Shown: positions 1-13,970 of the stretch, piece by piece
How the letters are laid out: every line of letters begins with the position of its first letter
How positions within the stretch are numbered: the stretch's first letter is position 1
Position numbers and translations under genes: made by a program
The notes under the pieces: generated by a model
Database searches by the model: none
Seen by the model: the letters and a program-made list of their open reading frames with translations, nothing else
What the model was told of the DNA's origin: nothing
DNA from: the human T2T-CHM13v2.0 reference genome, Homo sapiens
Reading direction: 5' to 3' (one strand)
Assembly (NCBI RefSeq): GCF_009914755.1
Contig: NC_060929.1
DNA: 64,000 nucleotides

Positions 1-39
1 TATTTACAGTACGCTTACTCAACACAAACATATGTACAA

Positions 40-340
40 AGAGACACAAACTCTCCCAAACCGGCATAAATATAAAATAACAATTCTTCTAAAGTCTTTG
101 CAGTTGTGCTGAGAAATTCTAGTAGGGATTTGATAAAGAAAGGGAGGTCAGAGAGTTTGTCTTGCAAAAGGATTGACCACACTGAGTTTGGAGAAATGTG
201 TAAAAGGGGTGGATGGAGTAAAAGGAAAAGCCTCCTGAGACAAAGGGTATGGTGTGCATGCAAACACACCAGGGTAAAAGAAAGCAGGACAATTTTCAAA
301 CAAGTGTAGTTAGAGCACAGAGAGAAGATAGCCTAGCATG
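40..340 (-). mobile_element. Degenerate L2 (LINE2) fragment
   Basis: Purine-rich + strand with L2-antisense-like motifs (gggaggtcagagag...ggtgtgcatgcaaacacaccagggt). Highly diverged; boundaries approximate. Confidence 0.5.
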
Positions 341-959
341 TGGTGGGGGCCGTGGGTGTGCGGCTGGAGTTATTTAGGCTGGATTTGATAATGTAATCTC
401 TCAAAATCTATATGAAATGCATTTTTAGAGCTTATTAAAGACACAGACCACAGATATTGAGGGTGAAATAAATAAAATAGAAAAATGAATATAAGATAAA
501 TGTAGAACTAGTTTTCCTAAATTTAGAAAATTATTTGCTTTTATCAGAGAATCGCAAAAGCACTAGCAGAAGCAAAGTGAAGCATCCATGAGCGGGAAGT
601 TAGATGCCACCGGCCACTGAAAGCGCCGCCACCCTGTGGTCACTGTTCTTGATTCAGAACAAGGGGCTTGCACTCCTGACAGAAAGAGCACAGGGGGCAG
701 GTCTTTGGCACCAACAAACAGGAGCTTGAACTGGGACCTAAAAAGAAAGAGGGATGCTCAAATATAGAAATGTGGATGGGGGTGACATTTTCCTACCGAC
801 ACCAAAAAAATCAAGACAGTTGCAGTCTCCCGCAGGACCTGTAGGGTGACGGGAAGAGAGAGAGTGGCCACAAATTCTGAGAACTGCTAAATGCAAGTCA
901 GTTCTATGAGATCTGGGAGACAAAAAATATAGGAAATTGTAATGCAAACAAATAATAAC

Positions 960-1500
960 CGGAAAAAGATGAAATATTTCCATTGAAAAGCTATATTTGT
1001 TACAAGGGGGTACATGACAGAAATATGCAGAAGATTTGTGTGTATGCACCTAAAAAATAGCCTGAAAATGTGTACAGCAAAAATTGGTATGATTACAGGG
1101 AGCAATTGAGCCATCCTTGATCTTAGAAGATTTAACAACTCATCTGTCAGCAATTTTGCAATCAAACAGAAAAATATATATATAATTTTAAATTTCTGCC
1201 AGTATAACTGTACAGTTAACAAGCTTCATCTAATGTGTATTTCTGCACTAAATAATTAGCAAATGTATATTCTTCTGTTGTATACATGGGCTATTTATAA
1301 AAATTAATCTTAAATCATAATCTTAAATCAACCAAGTTCAAATAATCAACGTACAGAACCACCTTCACCGAATACAATAGATGTTAAGTTAAAAATGAGT
1401 AGCCCATCAAAAAATGAACACCCATGTGATGTTGACAGATTACTGTTGGAGTAAAGTATTCATAAAGTTTAAAATGTAATTTATTCTGACCAACATTGAG
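960..1500 (+). mobile_element. Ancient L1 (L1M-type) ORF2 endonuclease-region remnant
   Basis: A-rich decayed matches to L1 ORF2 (atattcttctgttgtatacatgggctatttataaaaatt; caccttcaccgaatacaatagatgttaagttaaaaatgagt). No open frame. Confidence 0.55.
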
Positions 1501-3739
1501 AGCTCAGATGATTGAACCTATGGTACAGACTGAAAGTTCTGTGTCTATGATTGGAATTTATTTTTCTTTTCCTTCTAGACAGTCACACTGGAGTAGAGTC
1601 CATACTGCCTGGTTCTCTTGCACAAAGGTGTGATTATGTGTAGGTTTTCTGGCAAGTAGGAACATGGTGTAGGTGTTACCTTAGACCATGAAGATATGAG
1701 TCATAGCCTAGCAAAGAAAATGCAACAAAATAAAGGTAGCTCAGGTTTCTAACCATTCTGAAACAAAATCCTTGCTTTATTAAATTGCTTAAGCCTAGAC
1801 TGCTACATCAAAGCAAAATCACCCTCTATTTCCTATAATTTATATTATGTTGTGTCTTTATTTCACAGCCAACTTTATTTCCTAAGTACAGAAATCAAAT
1901 TGATTTCAAAAATACAAAGTGACCAACAGGTACCTCAAGCTACTTGTTTTGACTTTGCAAACTTTATATGTTTCATAGTTTTCACTTCTAAATATACAGT
2001 TAGGAGAAATTAAATATATTTAGGTTTATTTCTAAGTGTTGGCTAAAACAAAATTTCATTCATCAGCATTTGGAATTGTCCACTACATGTGTGCTGTTCA
2101 GATTATAAAACAGAAAAAAGTACACGGCAGCTGGTGTAGTAGCTTAGACAGTAATGGCTGTTGACAACCGAGGTACACAATAATTTTTAGAATGAAGTTT
2201 CTACCATGTGCAAATGAGTTGGTTTTTGAAAAGTTGCTTCATAATATTATTTATCTCAGCCTCTTTAGGGTAAAGAGTTTTGCTTAATCTATAGAGTATG
2301 ATAATGGTATGTTCTAACTTCAGATGCAATTGAATATTAGGAATTTGCAAAAGAGAAAGCACTACCAGAAAGGAGGCAGTCAATTTCTTGCAGTCTCCCA
2401 TCCCAGAATTAGAGAATATTAAAAGTCTACTTCACAATTAGTTGGTCTTTTGCTTATTCTAGTTGACAGCCTCAGTGGAGAGGGCATGGTACTTGTGGTC
2501 AGAAGAGCTGTGCCTATCTAGATGCTGCAACTTAAAATTATCTGCTCCTGACGTCATACAAAAATAGATTCATGATGACCTTATAGGATTCTTGTGAGGG
2601 TTCAAAATATATTTGGAAGTTATTGGCACAATTATTTGTATATGTCATTTGCTTGTTATGTAATGTATTGTCTGGTCACTATGCCTCAAGTAGGAATGTC
2701 TTGTGCCAATTAGACTATTAATGCCTAGAATTAAGAGATTTCATCTTAAATTGTTATATTTATTCCTTAGTACATTACGCAGTGTTTTTATCCTAGTACT
2801 TAATCAAAACTTTGTAAAATTGGGAAAATCTAGAAAAAAACAGTGAATGATAAAGAACAAAACATATAATAAAGGAGATAAGAGAATAGAAAAGTGTAAA
2901 CAGATGTCATAGCATCATATGCAATACAACAGGTCGAAGTAAAGTAATGGGAATATATTGAGATCTTGGGTGTTCATATTTTGCTGAAATGGATTCTAGA
3001 TATCAAACCAAGGTGGATAAGTAAGTGGATAAACAAAACAGCAAGGAGTTAATATGAAGTCACAGGGCATAGACATAGTTCTAGAGATTGCTTACCACTC
3101 CATATGAAATGTGTGATATGACAATTTTTTAGAAGATTCAGCACACCATACACAAAATACCCAGGCATAACAAAGGGTATTGCTAAGAAACAAAGGTCAT
3201 CATTGGAAAACAAACAGCAATTATAGTTTTACTTGTTTTTGTTCTTAAGTATCCTGCAAGTTCACTGACAACCAGGTCTTGTCATAAATAATTGAAATAA
3301 TATGGCACTATGTTTAGAGTTAAGAATTCCCAGTAAATAATTCTGTACCAAATGAAGTACAGGATTTACCATATACATATTCATAGGAAATTTTTTATTG
3401 CTTTTCTGAAACAATCTATCAATTTACTTGATTCTTTAGGGAAAAATAAAACATGTTGTGAAATAACAAAGGAGAAATTAAGAGTTGATTGACTGATTTT
3501 CAAAAAACACTTGAACTAAATGTGTTAAAATTAGAGAAGTAATAACTTTGTTCTCTCTGAAAGGAATTCTTGAGGGCATTCATTACAAAATCAAGTTCAT
3601 AATGTATCCAAGCCTTAAAGTAACTCACAACTGTTGAATAGAAAGCTACCCTTTAAGGTCCACATTTTCTAATATTTACTTTGTTAGCATTCAGGATACT
3701 TCTTGAGCCCAAATTAAATTTATTACATAAATGTTTATG

Positions 3740-3820
3740 CACATGTCTATTCCTACATTAATATCCATATCTACATCACCTAACACAGTGTAGCACACAC
3801 AGTAAATGCTCAGTAAGTGG
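3740..3820 (+). mobile_element. L2 3' end fragment
   Basis: cctaacacagtgtagcacacacagtaaatgctcagtaag resembles the L2/MIR 3' terminus. Confidence 0.5.
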
Positions 3821-4289
3821 TGTTATAGGTATCGTTATACCTATAACATCATCACATTGTTATACCTGTAACAATACCTAAAACATAATTTGAAATAATG
3901 CTTCCTTCTTTTTCATAAATATGGGTAAAAATGACATTTGAAAATGGAAAATACAATTACTTTTTTAAATATGCTTTGACATAAAAAAGTGATCTCAAAC
4001 ACTTCTGCTCCCAAATCAGTATATTCATTGGTACTAATAAAAGTTTGTTTTATTATTTAGAGTTCCATAACTTTATAAATTCCTTTTAATTTTATTAAAA
4101 ATATAAGATACATTTTACAAGTTCCTCAGCATCAAAACCTCTCCCCTTTTAAATCTACTCTAATCAATAGAGGCCTTTTGGCTAGAATAGATGTTCCTGG
4201 ATCATTTCATAGGATAACCTGATGAAACTCTCCATGATTCTATTTTCAGCTCTCATTTCCTCATTACTCCTACTTTATAATCATAATGA

Positions 4290-4530
4290 TATGAAAATAA
4301 CTAATTGTTTTAATTGGTTTCTCTGTTGTAGACATTGTTCTGAAAGCTTAACTTATATTTATTATTTTTTGTCCTTACAACAACCTTATGAAGTACACAT
4401 TAAAGGCTCTTTTTTTACAGATGGAGATATTAAAATACAATAAAGTTTATGTTATTTGCTAAATGTCACAAAATGTATAAGAGGTGAAGCTAGGATGTGT
4501 ACAAAAGAAGCTCTGGCTCTCCAGAAATCA
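4290..4530 (-). mobile_element. MIR SINE
   Basis: Antisense core: gtccttacaacaaccttatgaagta...ttttacagatggagatattaaa...aatgtcaca. Confidence 0.75.
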
Positions 4531-4769
4531 TTTTCCCAACAAATAAAAAATATACTGCCTCTCCAATACCATACAGAACTTTGGAAGGAATGAATATTGC
4601 CCATTTAGATAGTTTGACACCTCCTATACAAGTTAGTTTTAAAATTTCCACTAAATTAAATAATATAATCAGCAATCCACTTTGTAATGAGCTCTACGAT
4701 AGTGGCCAGGCATGTATACACCAGGAAACTGGGCAAACTTGGCATACATCAGAGAGTACTTAACGATTA

Positions 4770-5310
<541 letters not shown>

Positions 5311-6627
5311 AATTATCGATTAGAGATATGTATAAGGAGATTGTGGCATAATAGATATGTAACATAATAAATAGGTAGATAGATACATAGATACATACAC
5401 TGGTTGTAGATGGGAGGGTGTGTGTATGTGTGTGTGTGCCTGTGTTATTAAACACATTATTTTATTTCAGTGCTTAGTCTTATAACATCCTACTGCTAAT
5501 GTAACCCAGAATTCACCTTATCCTGACTTTTAAAACTCAAACTTTCAAAACTCACATATTCCATGTCTTCTAGAAAATCTAATGCTATTACCAATGTATC
5601 ACTGAGTTTAAAGTTATACTATATTCCCATCCTCATCCATAGCTCTACATCAGTTTTCTTAGGTATTAATTCAATGTTAAGGCCAAATTACCTTGTTGTC
5701 CTTGTCCTATTTCACGTTATGTTGTTTCAGACATAAAATTCTCTCTCTTTTATTTTTACTCCTCAATCACCTCACTAACAACTTATAATTTTATATTACA
5801 ATTGTCTGTTTCTAAAATGTTCTGACCCATTCTATCAACTGGAGAGCTAATATTCAAGCAAAATTGCTTCTCCTCTTGATTGCCTTCCTCCTCCCTAGTT
5901 TTTGTATTTTCTAATGCAGAGCGATTTGGGCACTTGATTCTAACTAGGCTGTCAGTTAACCCGTGACGTCTGAACTTAACCTTTTTTCATAGGATGTAGA
6001 AGCAAACTTTCTAAATAGAGTGGTTCATGTATGATGGGAGAGTTTCTCATTAGCTTGAAGGTGGATATGACCTAGGAATGCATACCTGCTCCATGGAGCT
6101 AGTATAACTCTTTTCATTTGATCACCAGCCTCTTTCAGCGATTACTGGCCTATAATTATGTTAGTGACCTATTGCAAGTAAAATAATTAGATAAATATGC
6201 TCTGCTATCTGATGGCAGGTCATGAGGAGCCCATTTAAGAAAACAGTTATATCTTTTATTCTAGATATGGATAGAAGGGGGAAAAGAAAAGAGGGAAAAA
6301 GGTTAATTCTAACTTAAAACTGGGATAATTCATAAATATTCATATGACCCTGCCCTAATAAAAACCTCATTACTACCACATCAGACAGCTAATTTATCCC
6401 AATAGGCCCGCCTAATATTGCAATAATAGTAAAATTAGACGTTCTGCAGTAATCATATTGAGATTTGTTTAGTTCAGAAAACCTGTTCCAAGAAAAATGT
6501 GCAAAGCAGAATGATCTTTTCCATGCCATTTAAAATTGAATTCTGGGGCTTAACAACGTACTTTGTTGGTATTTTTTGAATGCTTGAACAGATGTAAAAC
6601 TCCTTTTTTGATGGAACACTTTTTAGA

Positions 6628-6705
6628 TGGAATACTGGTGCATCTCGCAGAACGTCTTTCCCAGGCTGGAATACTGGTGCATCTCTCAGAACGTCTTTCC
6701 CAGGC
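6628..6705. repeat. 39-bp tandem duplication (2 copies, 1 mismatch)
   Basis: tggaatactggtgcatctc(g/t)cagaacgtctttcccaggc at 6628-6666 and 6667-6705. Confidence 0.97.
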
Positions 6706-7109
6706 ATAAGAGAATTGTATTTCTGCTTAAGTAAAGTACAAGTATGTTTCTAAACTTTCAGTTATCAACCTTAACTTTGCCATCCTGCACATCTGTCATC
6801 TAGAGTGCCTGAATTCCTCTTTAATCAGTAGCACAGGCACTCAATGCTTGTCAAAATTGTACCTTAAGATCACAGGGTTATTTGGCACATCTAATATTAA
6901 TCAGTAAATCTGAGAATCATGTTAATTATCCATCTCTTTAGTTACTCTGAAAAATGTAATTTGACTATATTACCTCAGCTGTCTAAGCATATTTTAATGG
7001 ATTATAATTTGATATTAGTTATTCAGCTTATTAAAGAACAATCTAAGTCAGTCCCATCTGAAGGCAGCATCTGCCTCTTTAATAAAAACCTATTTGAAAG
7101 CGTTAGTTT

Positions 7110-7260
7110 TTATTTCACTTGCTCACTGATTCATCAGCCACTTATTGTGCTGCTACTCTGTACCAAATACTGTGATTGATGTTTGAGCAGCAGATGGAAA
7201 GGGTGATGAGTACCTGTCTCAGGGTTCAAAATGGAGCACAATAGCAAATACATAGAAATA
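7110..7260 (-). mobile_element. L2 3' end, antisense; host of the two Alus
   Basis: tcactgattcatcagccacttattgtgctgctactctgtaccaaatactgtg is the reverse complement of an L2 3' terminus. Confidence 0.65.
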
Positions 7261-7268
7261 CATGCATA

Positions 7269-7552
<284 letters not shown>

Positions 7553-7563
7553 TATATACATAT

Positions 7564-7910
<347 letters not shown>

Positions 7911-8000
7911 CTAGAAGTAAACCCAAAATATTAACAGAATCAGTGCGAAGAGAGGAGCAGAGCCTTTACTGGATGGTTGGTGAAGGGCAAGATGAGAATA

Positions 8001-9232
8001 CAATCGTATACTGCATCTGGATATTTCCATTAACACTGAGGCACATACGATGGTGTGGTCCCATGAGATTATAAAGGAACTGAAAAACTATCACCTAGTG
8101 ACATTGCTGCTGTCATAACTTGCTGCAACGTACTACTCGTGTTTGTGAGGATGCTGGTGTGAACAAATCTACTGTGCTGCCAGTCCCATAAAATTCTCAC
8201 ACATACAGTTATGTATAATAATAATAATTCTATCATTGGTTTTTGTATTTATTATACTTATCATTATTTTAATGTGTGCTCCTTAAGCCTATTGAGATTA
8301 AAAATTACCTGAAAACTTAAAAAAAAAAAACAAAAAATAAATGAACAGTCTCAGGTCCTTCGGGAGGTATCCAGAAGGCATCGTCATCATGGGAGATGAC
8401 AGCTTTATTGGCCCTGAAGACCTTCCAGTGGGACAAGATGTGGAGATAAAAAACAGTGATATTGATGATCCTGACCCTGTGTAGGCCTAGGCTAACATGT
8501 CTGCTTGTGTATTCATTTTTAACAAAAAGTTTTAAAAAGTAAACATCAAATAAATTTGAAAAAGAAAAAAAGATTATAGAATAAGGATATAAAGAAAGGA
8601 ATAAAATATAGAAAAGAATGTATAATAAGGATATAAAGGATATCATATTTTTGTATAGCTGTACAATGTGTTTGTGTTTTAAGCTAAGTGCTATTACAAG
8701 AGCCAAAAAGTTAAAAATATTAAAATGTTTGTAAAGTGGAGTAGTTATAGGAAGCTAAAGTTAATTTATTACTGAAGAAAAATGTTTTTGATAAATTTAG
8801 TGTAGCCCAAGCAGTGTTGATAAAGTCTACAGTAGTGTCCACGAATGTCCTAGGCCCTCACATTCACCCACCTCTCACTCACTGACTCACCCAGAGCAAC
8901 TTCCAGTACTGCAAGCTCCATTCATGGTATATGCCCTATACAGGTGAACCTTTTTTTTTAATCTTTTACCTCACTTTTACTGTGTCATTTCAATGTTTAA
9001 ATACACAAAAATATTTACCATGTGTTACAGTTGCCTGCAGTATTTAGCACAGTAAAATCCTGCATAGATCAGTAACGTAGGAGCAACAGACTATACCATA
9101 TAACCTAGGTGTGTAGTAGGCTGTACCACTTAGGTTTGTGAAAATCCATTCTTTGATGTTCAGTCAATGACAAAACTTCCTAAGGACACGTTTCTCAGAA
9201 CATATACCTCTCATTAAGTGATGGCATATCTG
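8001..9232 (+). mobile_element. Tigger3b-like non-autonomous TcMar-Tigger DNA transposon, near full length
   Basis: TA dinucleotides flank both ends (7999-8000, 9233-9234). 5' end ...gtggtcccatgagattata...cctagtgac and 3' end ...ctcagaacatatacctctcattaagtgatggcatatctg match the recalled Tigger3 termini. About 1.2 kb. Confidence 0.88.
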
Positions 9233-10259
9233 TATAGGCAAGTGGAGTATATTTTCTACAGTAGAAAGGATACACAAATGTGACCCAAAATGCCAGGCAA
9301 GTTTAGAAGTGGTGGGTCGATATCCAATAAGAAGAAAAACATGTTTTCTGGAGTTCATTTCTTAAGGAGTTGTCTGTGTTTGGAATGAATACTTAGACTA
9401 TGTAGTAAGGTGTGTGTGTTTGAGGATGGGAGAGGTAAACTTCTATTTGTTCTAAGAATACATGTTCTTTACAGTTAGTGTATTGTTGCCTGAGGTTTGC
9501 AATTGGGGGACCACTTCCTGCCAAGATTAGAGAGAAATAAGAAAATGCTCAAATATTTTCTTATTTCAGACAGACCTTGTGTCCTGATCTTGCCTAAAAA
9601 CTAATATCTACATCCACAAAGAAAAAAAAAGCATCTTCTGTAGCTAGAATTCTGTTTTAATTGAGATAATTTTCTGTCTTTTGGCCTGTGTGTTTAATTT
9701 GTAAGTACAGCCCGAGAATCAGCTAATGCTTTCATATTCTGTGTGCCTCATGCATTTTAAGAATGCCCATTTTAGCTAATACATGTTTATTAAATACACA
9801 TTCATTGTGAAAATTACTCAAATTCATCAAATGCTCAATTATCATTTCCTGAAAAGAACATCAGTTTAGGTATTGAGAAAGTAATGTAAATATCCAGTTA
9901 TAGAATTTAGATTACAGAAAGCTATACTTTGTGCCTTAGCCTGAAAAAATTCAATGGCAAACACTGGGTTGAAAAATCATACTACTCTTTCCATCCACCC
10001 CCACTCCCACACCTCTTACAGTGGGAACTCTAGTAATTTATGAATGGTACATGCTTTACATAAATGTGAAAAAGGTGCCTGACATCTAGTGACACATGTA
10101 CTGGGAATGAAAGGGAAATATCTCATGATCGTTGTTTCCATGTCACTGAGCTTTGGCTTAAGGAATAACGGTTGATGAAAACAAACCAAGTAAAGGTATT
10201 AGAAATATTATCAACTTCTTAAGTTAAATTTCTGGGCCACTGGGTAAGATCCTTACTGA

Positions 10260-10890
10260 GAGAGAGAGCCCTGTTAAGAATATTTTTGCCCAGGGACATT
10301 GCCCACTGTGTAGTATAACACTGTGAAGTATGGTGGGAGCTCAGGGTCACTCGATATCAGTCTTGACCTCCAGAGACAATGGAGACTCAAAGTATTGGTC
10401 TGAATCTCCAGGAAGGGCTGCAAACTAAAGGCCAGCGAGGCAGGCATGAGGGGATCAAACTGCAGTAAGAACTGAAGACACTAAAACCTCCAGTGAGCAT
10501 TCTAGGGGGCATTCCTCTGTGTATTGCCATGCATTGTGGCCAAAAGATGCTAAACCCATCTGTGACTCCAAGAGGGAGAATGACTGGAAGCTCTGCATGT
10601 GGATCTCTCTGGGACTTTGCCCTGTGTGTCTCTTTCCTTCGCTGATTTTGAGTCTTTTCACTATCATAAAACTGTAATTGTAAATATAGAGCTTTTACTG
10701 AGGTTCTGTGGGTTATTCTAGTGAATTATCCCACCCGATGGTGGTTGTGAGGAGCCCCAAATTGATAGCCAGCTAGTCTGAGGTAGAAGTGGTCCTGGAG
10801 ACACCCAGTTTATGGCTGCTATCTGAAGTGAGGGCAGTCTTGTGGGGATGGTTCCCTCAGCCTTTGCAGTTTGGCTTAAGTCGTTGTGGA
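10260..10890 (+). mobile_element. Solo ERVL-class LTR, MER21/MER68/MER77 group
   Basis: Characteristic 3' block: gaggttctgtgggttattctagtgaattatc...gctatctgaagtgagggcagtcttgtggggatgg. Exact subfamily uncertain. Confidence 0.7.
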
Positions 10891-11743
10891 CACTAAAAGG
10901 CATTGTTATCTATATCATATTTATAAACTTATGCTAAGAGTTGGCATCCCTGCTTGTTACAAAGTATAGTGCTAAATGTATAATGGTATGTAAAGCCTTG
11001 ATTGGTAGTTGTAAACAAATAACAATCAAAAATGAAAATATAACTAGATTGATCTAATCAGAATCATGGAATAGATGGTTACGGTGATGGTAGAACCCTT
11101 CAACATTCTTCCTGAGAGAATAGCAAATGTGGAAAAGATAGCCTTCCATCCTTTGCATTTGCCTAGTGAAGTAAAGTTAATGTGGTCATGAGGACGTGAA
11201 TGCATGTGACTGCAAATGTGTGTCTAGTGGCATTTCTTGGGCCAGGTGCATGGTTCAGAGAATGAGGGAGCACATCAAAAATATTTAATAGGAATGTCCT
11301 GGGATTATGAAACATTCCTCCATGTGGGCCATAATTTCTGGATATGCTTTGCTAAGTGCAGGAGGCAGCAAGGTATTAGATGTCATTTTGGGGGTAGAGG
11401 AGGCTACAGGGCAGGGAAAATAATCATAATTTATAGATCCTAAAATACTGTTCCTTATTTCACTTACAATGTTTAGTGGACTCTACATGGTTTCCAAAAA
11501 GATCTTTGATTCTTCCCTTTGCTATAATTGGAAATATTAGCTTGGACATGTTACTTGGTCTCTCTGTTAGAGTAGGCAGATAGCCAGAAGCGAGCAGGAA
11601 AGGGAGCCCCTGGGGAAAGAAGTCTTCACAGCAGCTTCTTTGCTTCCTCCAACCCTCCTTGAAGACACTTGGGGCCATGCAATATGTGTTTGTCTTTTCA
11701 ACCAAAAAACTGCTGCCTCAGCACTAGGATTCACAAAAACACA

Positions 11744-11767
11744 ACACACACACACACACACACACAC
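11744..11767. repeat. (CA)n microsatellite
   Basis: Directly visible CA run just upstream of THE1D. Confidence 0.95.
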
Positions 11768-11802
11768 AGAAGAAAACAGCATAGAAAATATCTTTGTGAC
11801 AC

Positions 11803-13726
11803 TGATATGGTTTGGCTACATGTCCCCACTCAAATCTTATCTCAAATTGTAACCCCTATGTGTTGAAGGAGGGACCCGGTGGGAGGTGATTGAATCGTGG
11901 GGGGCAGTTTCCTTTTTGTGATAGTAAGTGAGTTCTCACAATTTTGTCTTTGTGATAGTAAGTGAGTTCTCACAATATCCGATGGTTTTTTAAGGGGCTT
12001 TTCCCCCTTTGCTTACTCTTTCCTATCACTTTGTGAAGAAGACACTTGCTTCTCCTTCACCTTGCGCCATGATTGTAAGTTTCCTGATGCCTCCCCATCC
12101 CTGCAGAACTGTGAGTCAAGTAAACTTCTTTTCTTTATAAATTACCCTGTCTCAGGCAGTTCTGTATAGCAGCGTGAAAATGAACTAATATCGGAAATTG
12201 GTGCTGCAGAGAGTCGGGGCACTGCTATAAAGATAACCTGAAATGTGGAAGTGAGTTTGGAACTGGGTAACAGTCAGAGGTTGGAACAGTTTGGAGGGCT
12301 CAGAAAAAGACAGAAAGATGTGGGAAGTTTGGAACTTCCTAGGGTCCTGGAGGACTCAGAAGACAGGAAGATGTAGGAAAGTTTGGAGCTTCCTAGAGAC
12401 TTGTTGAATGGTTTTGACCAAAATGCTGTTAGTGATATGGACAATGAAGTCTGGCTGAGGTGGTTGCAGATGAAAATGAGGAACTCATTGGGAAGTGGAA
12501 CAAAGGTCACCCTTGCTATGGTTTAGCAAAGAGACTGGTGGCATTTTGCCCTTGCTCTAGACATCTGCGGAACTTTGAACTTGGGAGAGATTATCTGAAA
12601 TTGGAATTTATGTTTAAAGGGGAAGGAGAGTGTAAAAGTTTGGAAAATGTTCAGCCTAACCATGTGGTAGAAAAGAAAAACCTATTTTCTGTGGAGAAAT
12701 TCAAGCCAGCTGAAGAAGTTTGCATAAGTAACAAGGAACTGAATGTTAATAGCCAAGACAATGGGGAAAATGTCTCCAGGGCATGTCAGAGATCTTTTGT
12801 GTCAGCTCCTCCCATCACAGGCCTGAAGGCCTAGGAGGAAATAGTGGTTTCATGAGCCCGGCCCAGGGCCCCACTGCTGCTCTGTGCAGCCTAGGAACTT
12901 AGTGCCCTGTGCCCCAGCTGCTCCAGCTCCAGCTGTGGCTAAAAGGGGCCAAGGTGGAGTGGATCAAGGCCATGGGAGCCTACCTCTTGCATCAGCATGC
13001 CCTGGGATGTGAGACATGAAGTCAAAGGAGATTATTTTGGAGCTTTAAGATTGAATGACTGTCCTGCTCTATTTCGGATTTGCATGGGGCTTATAGCCCC
13101 TTTGTTTGGGCCAATTTCTCCCATTTGGAATGGCAGCATTTACTTAATGCCTGTACCCTCATTGTATCTTGGAAGTAACTAACTTGCTTTTAATTTTTTT
13201 ATAGGCTTCTAAGTGGAAGGGACTTGCCTTGTCTCAGGTGAGACTTTGGACTATGGACTTTCGAGTTAATATTGAAATGAGTTGAGACTTTGGAGGACTG
13301 TTGAGAAGGCATGATTGGTTTTGAAATGTAAGGACATGAGATTTGAGAGGGACCAGGGACAGAATGATATGGTTTGTCTCTGTTTTCCCACCCAAATCTC
13401 ATCTTGAATTGTAATCCCCATGTGTTGAGGGAGGGACATGGTGGAAGGTGATTGGATCATGGGGGCAGCTTTTTCCAATGCTGTTGTCATGATAGAGAGT
13501 GAGTTTTCATGATATCTGTTGATTTTATAAAGGGCTCTTCCTCTTTAGCTTACTCTCTTTCCTGCTGCCTTGTGAAGAAGGTGCTTGCTTCTCCTTCTCC
13601 TTCTGCCATGATTGTAAGTTTCCTGATGCCTCCCCAGCCATGCAGAACTGTGAGTCAATTAAACCTCTTTATAAATTACCCAGCCTTAGGCAGTCCCTTA
13701 CAGCAGTGTGAAAATGGACTAGTACA
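11803..13726 (+). mobile_element. THE1D (ERVL-MaLR) element: 5' LTR 11803-~12192, internally deleted int region, 3' LTR 13365-13726
   Basis: Both LTRs start tgatatggtttg and carry the THE1D-type gccatgattgtaagtttcctga. Perfect 5-bp TSD GACAC at 11798-11802 and 13727-13731. Purine tract precedes the 3' LTR. Confidence 0.95.
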
Positions 13727-13849
13727 GACACTTCTAAATTGGCTCCCCCAGGTTTTGCTGACATATGTCACCTTTTCTCTTTGGCTACACCCTCAGGTGT
13801 CTCCTCTAACCTTTGTGACAATTGTAACATGGATTACAGAACCTACCTG

Positions 13850-13970
13850 ATCAAGCTGTAGTTATTTGTTTCCCTACTGTTTGTTGAGTTTCTAGAAAAC
13901 ACTAACATCTCTTATGCAACCCTATACCCCAAGCAGCAAGCATATTGCCTGGCATGCAGTCAGCATGCTT
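13850..13970 (+). mobile_element. L2 3' end fragment
   Basis: gcaagcatattgcctggcatgcagtcagcatgct resembles the L2 tail. Confidence 0.55.

Noticed and set aside
1555-1635. Strong acceptor (ttttcttttccttctag) with a possible 49-nt exon
   Set aside because: Donor (AAG|gtgtga) is weak and there is no coding or other support.
2549-2556. Perfect CRE palindrome TGACGTCA
   Set aside because: Single 8-mer within a decayed MIR-like region, with no supporting promoter context.
6474-6707. ORF with duplicated peptide PGKDVLRDAPVF
   Set aside because: Simply the translation of the 39-bp DNA duplication; no other coding evidence.
12290-12400. About 55-bp direct repeat in the THE1 internal region
   Set aside because: As I recall, a common feature of THE1C/D internal sequences rather than locus-specific; not a CRISPR-like array.
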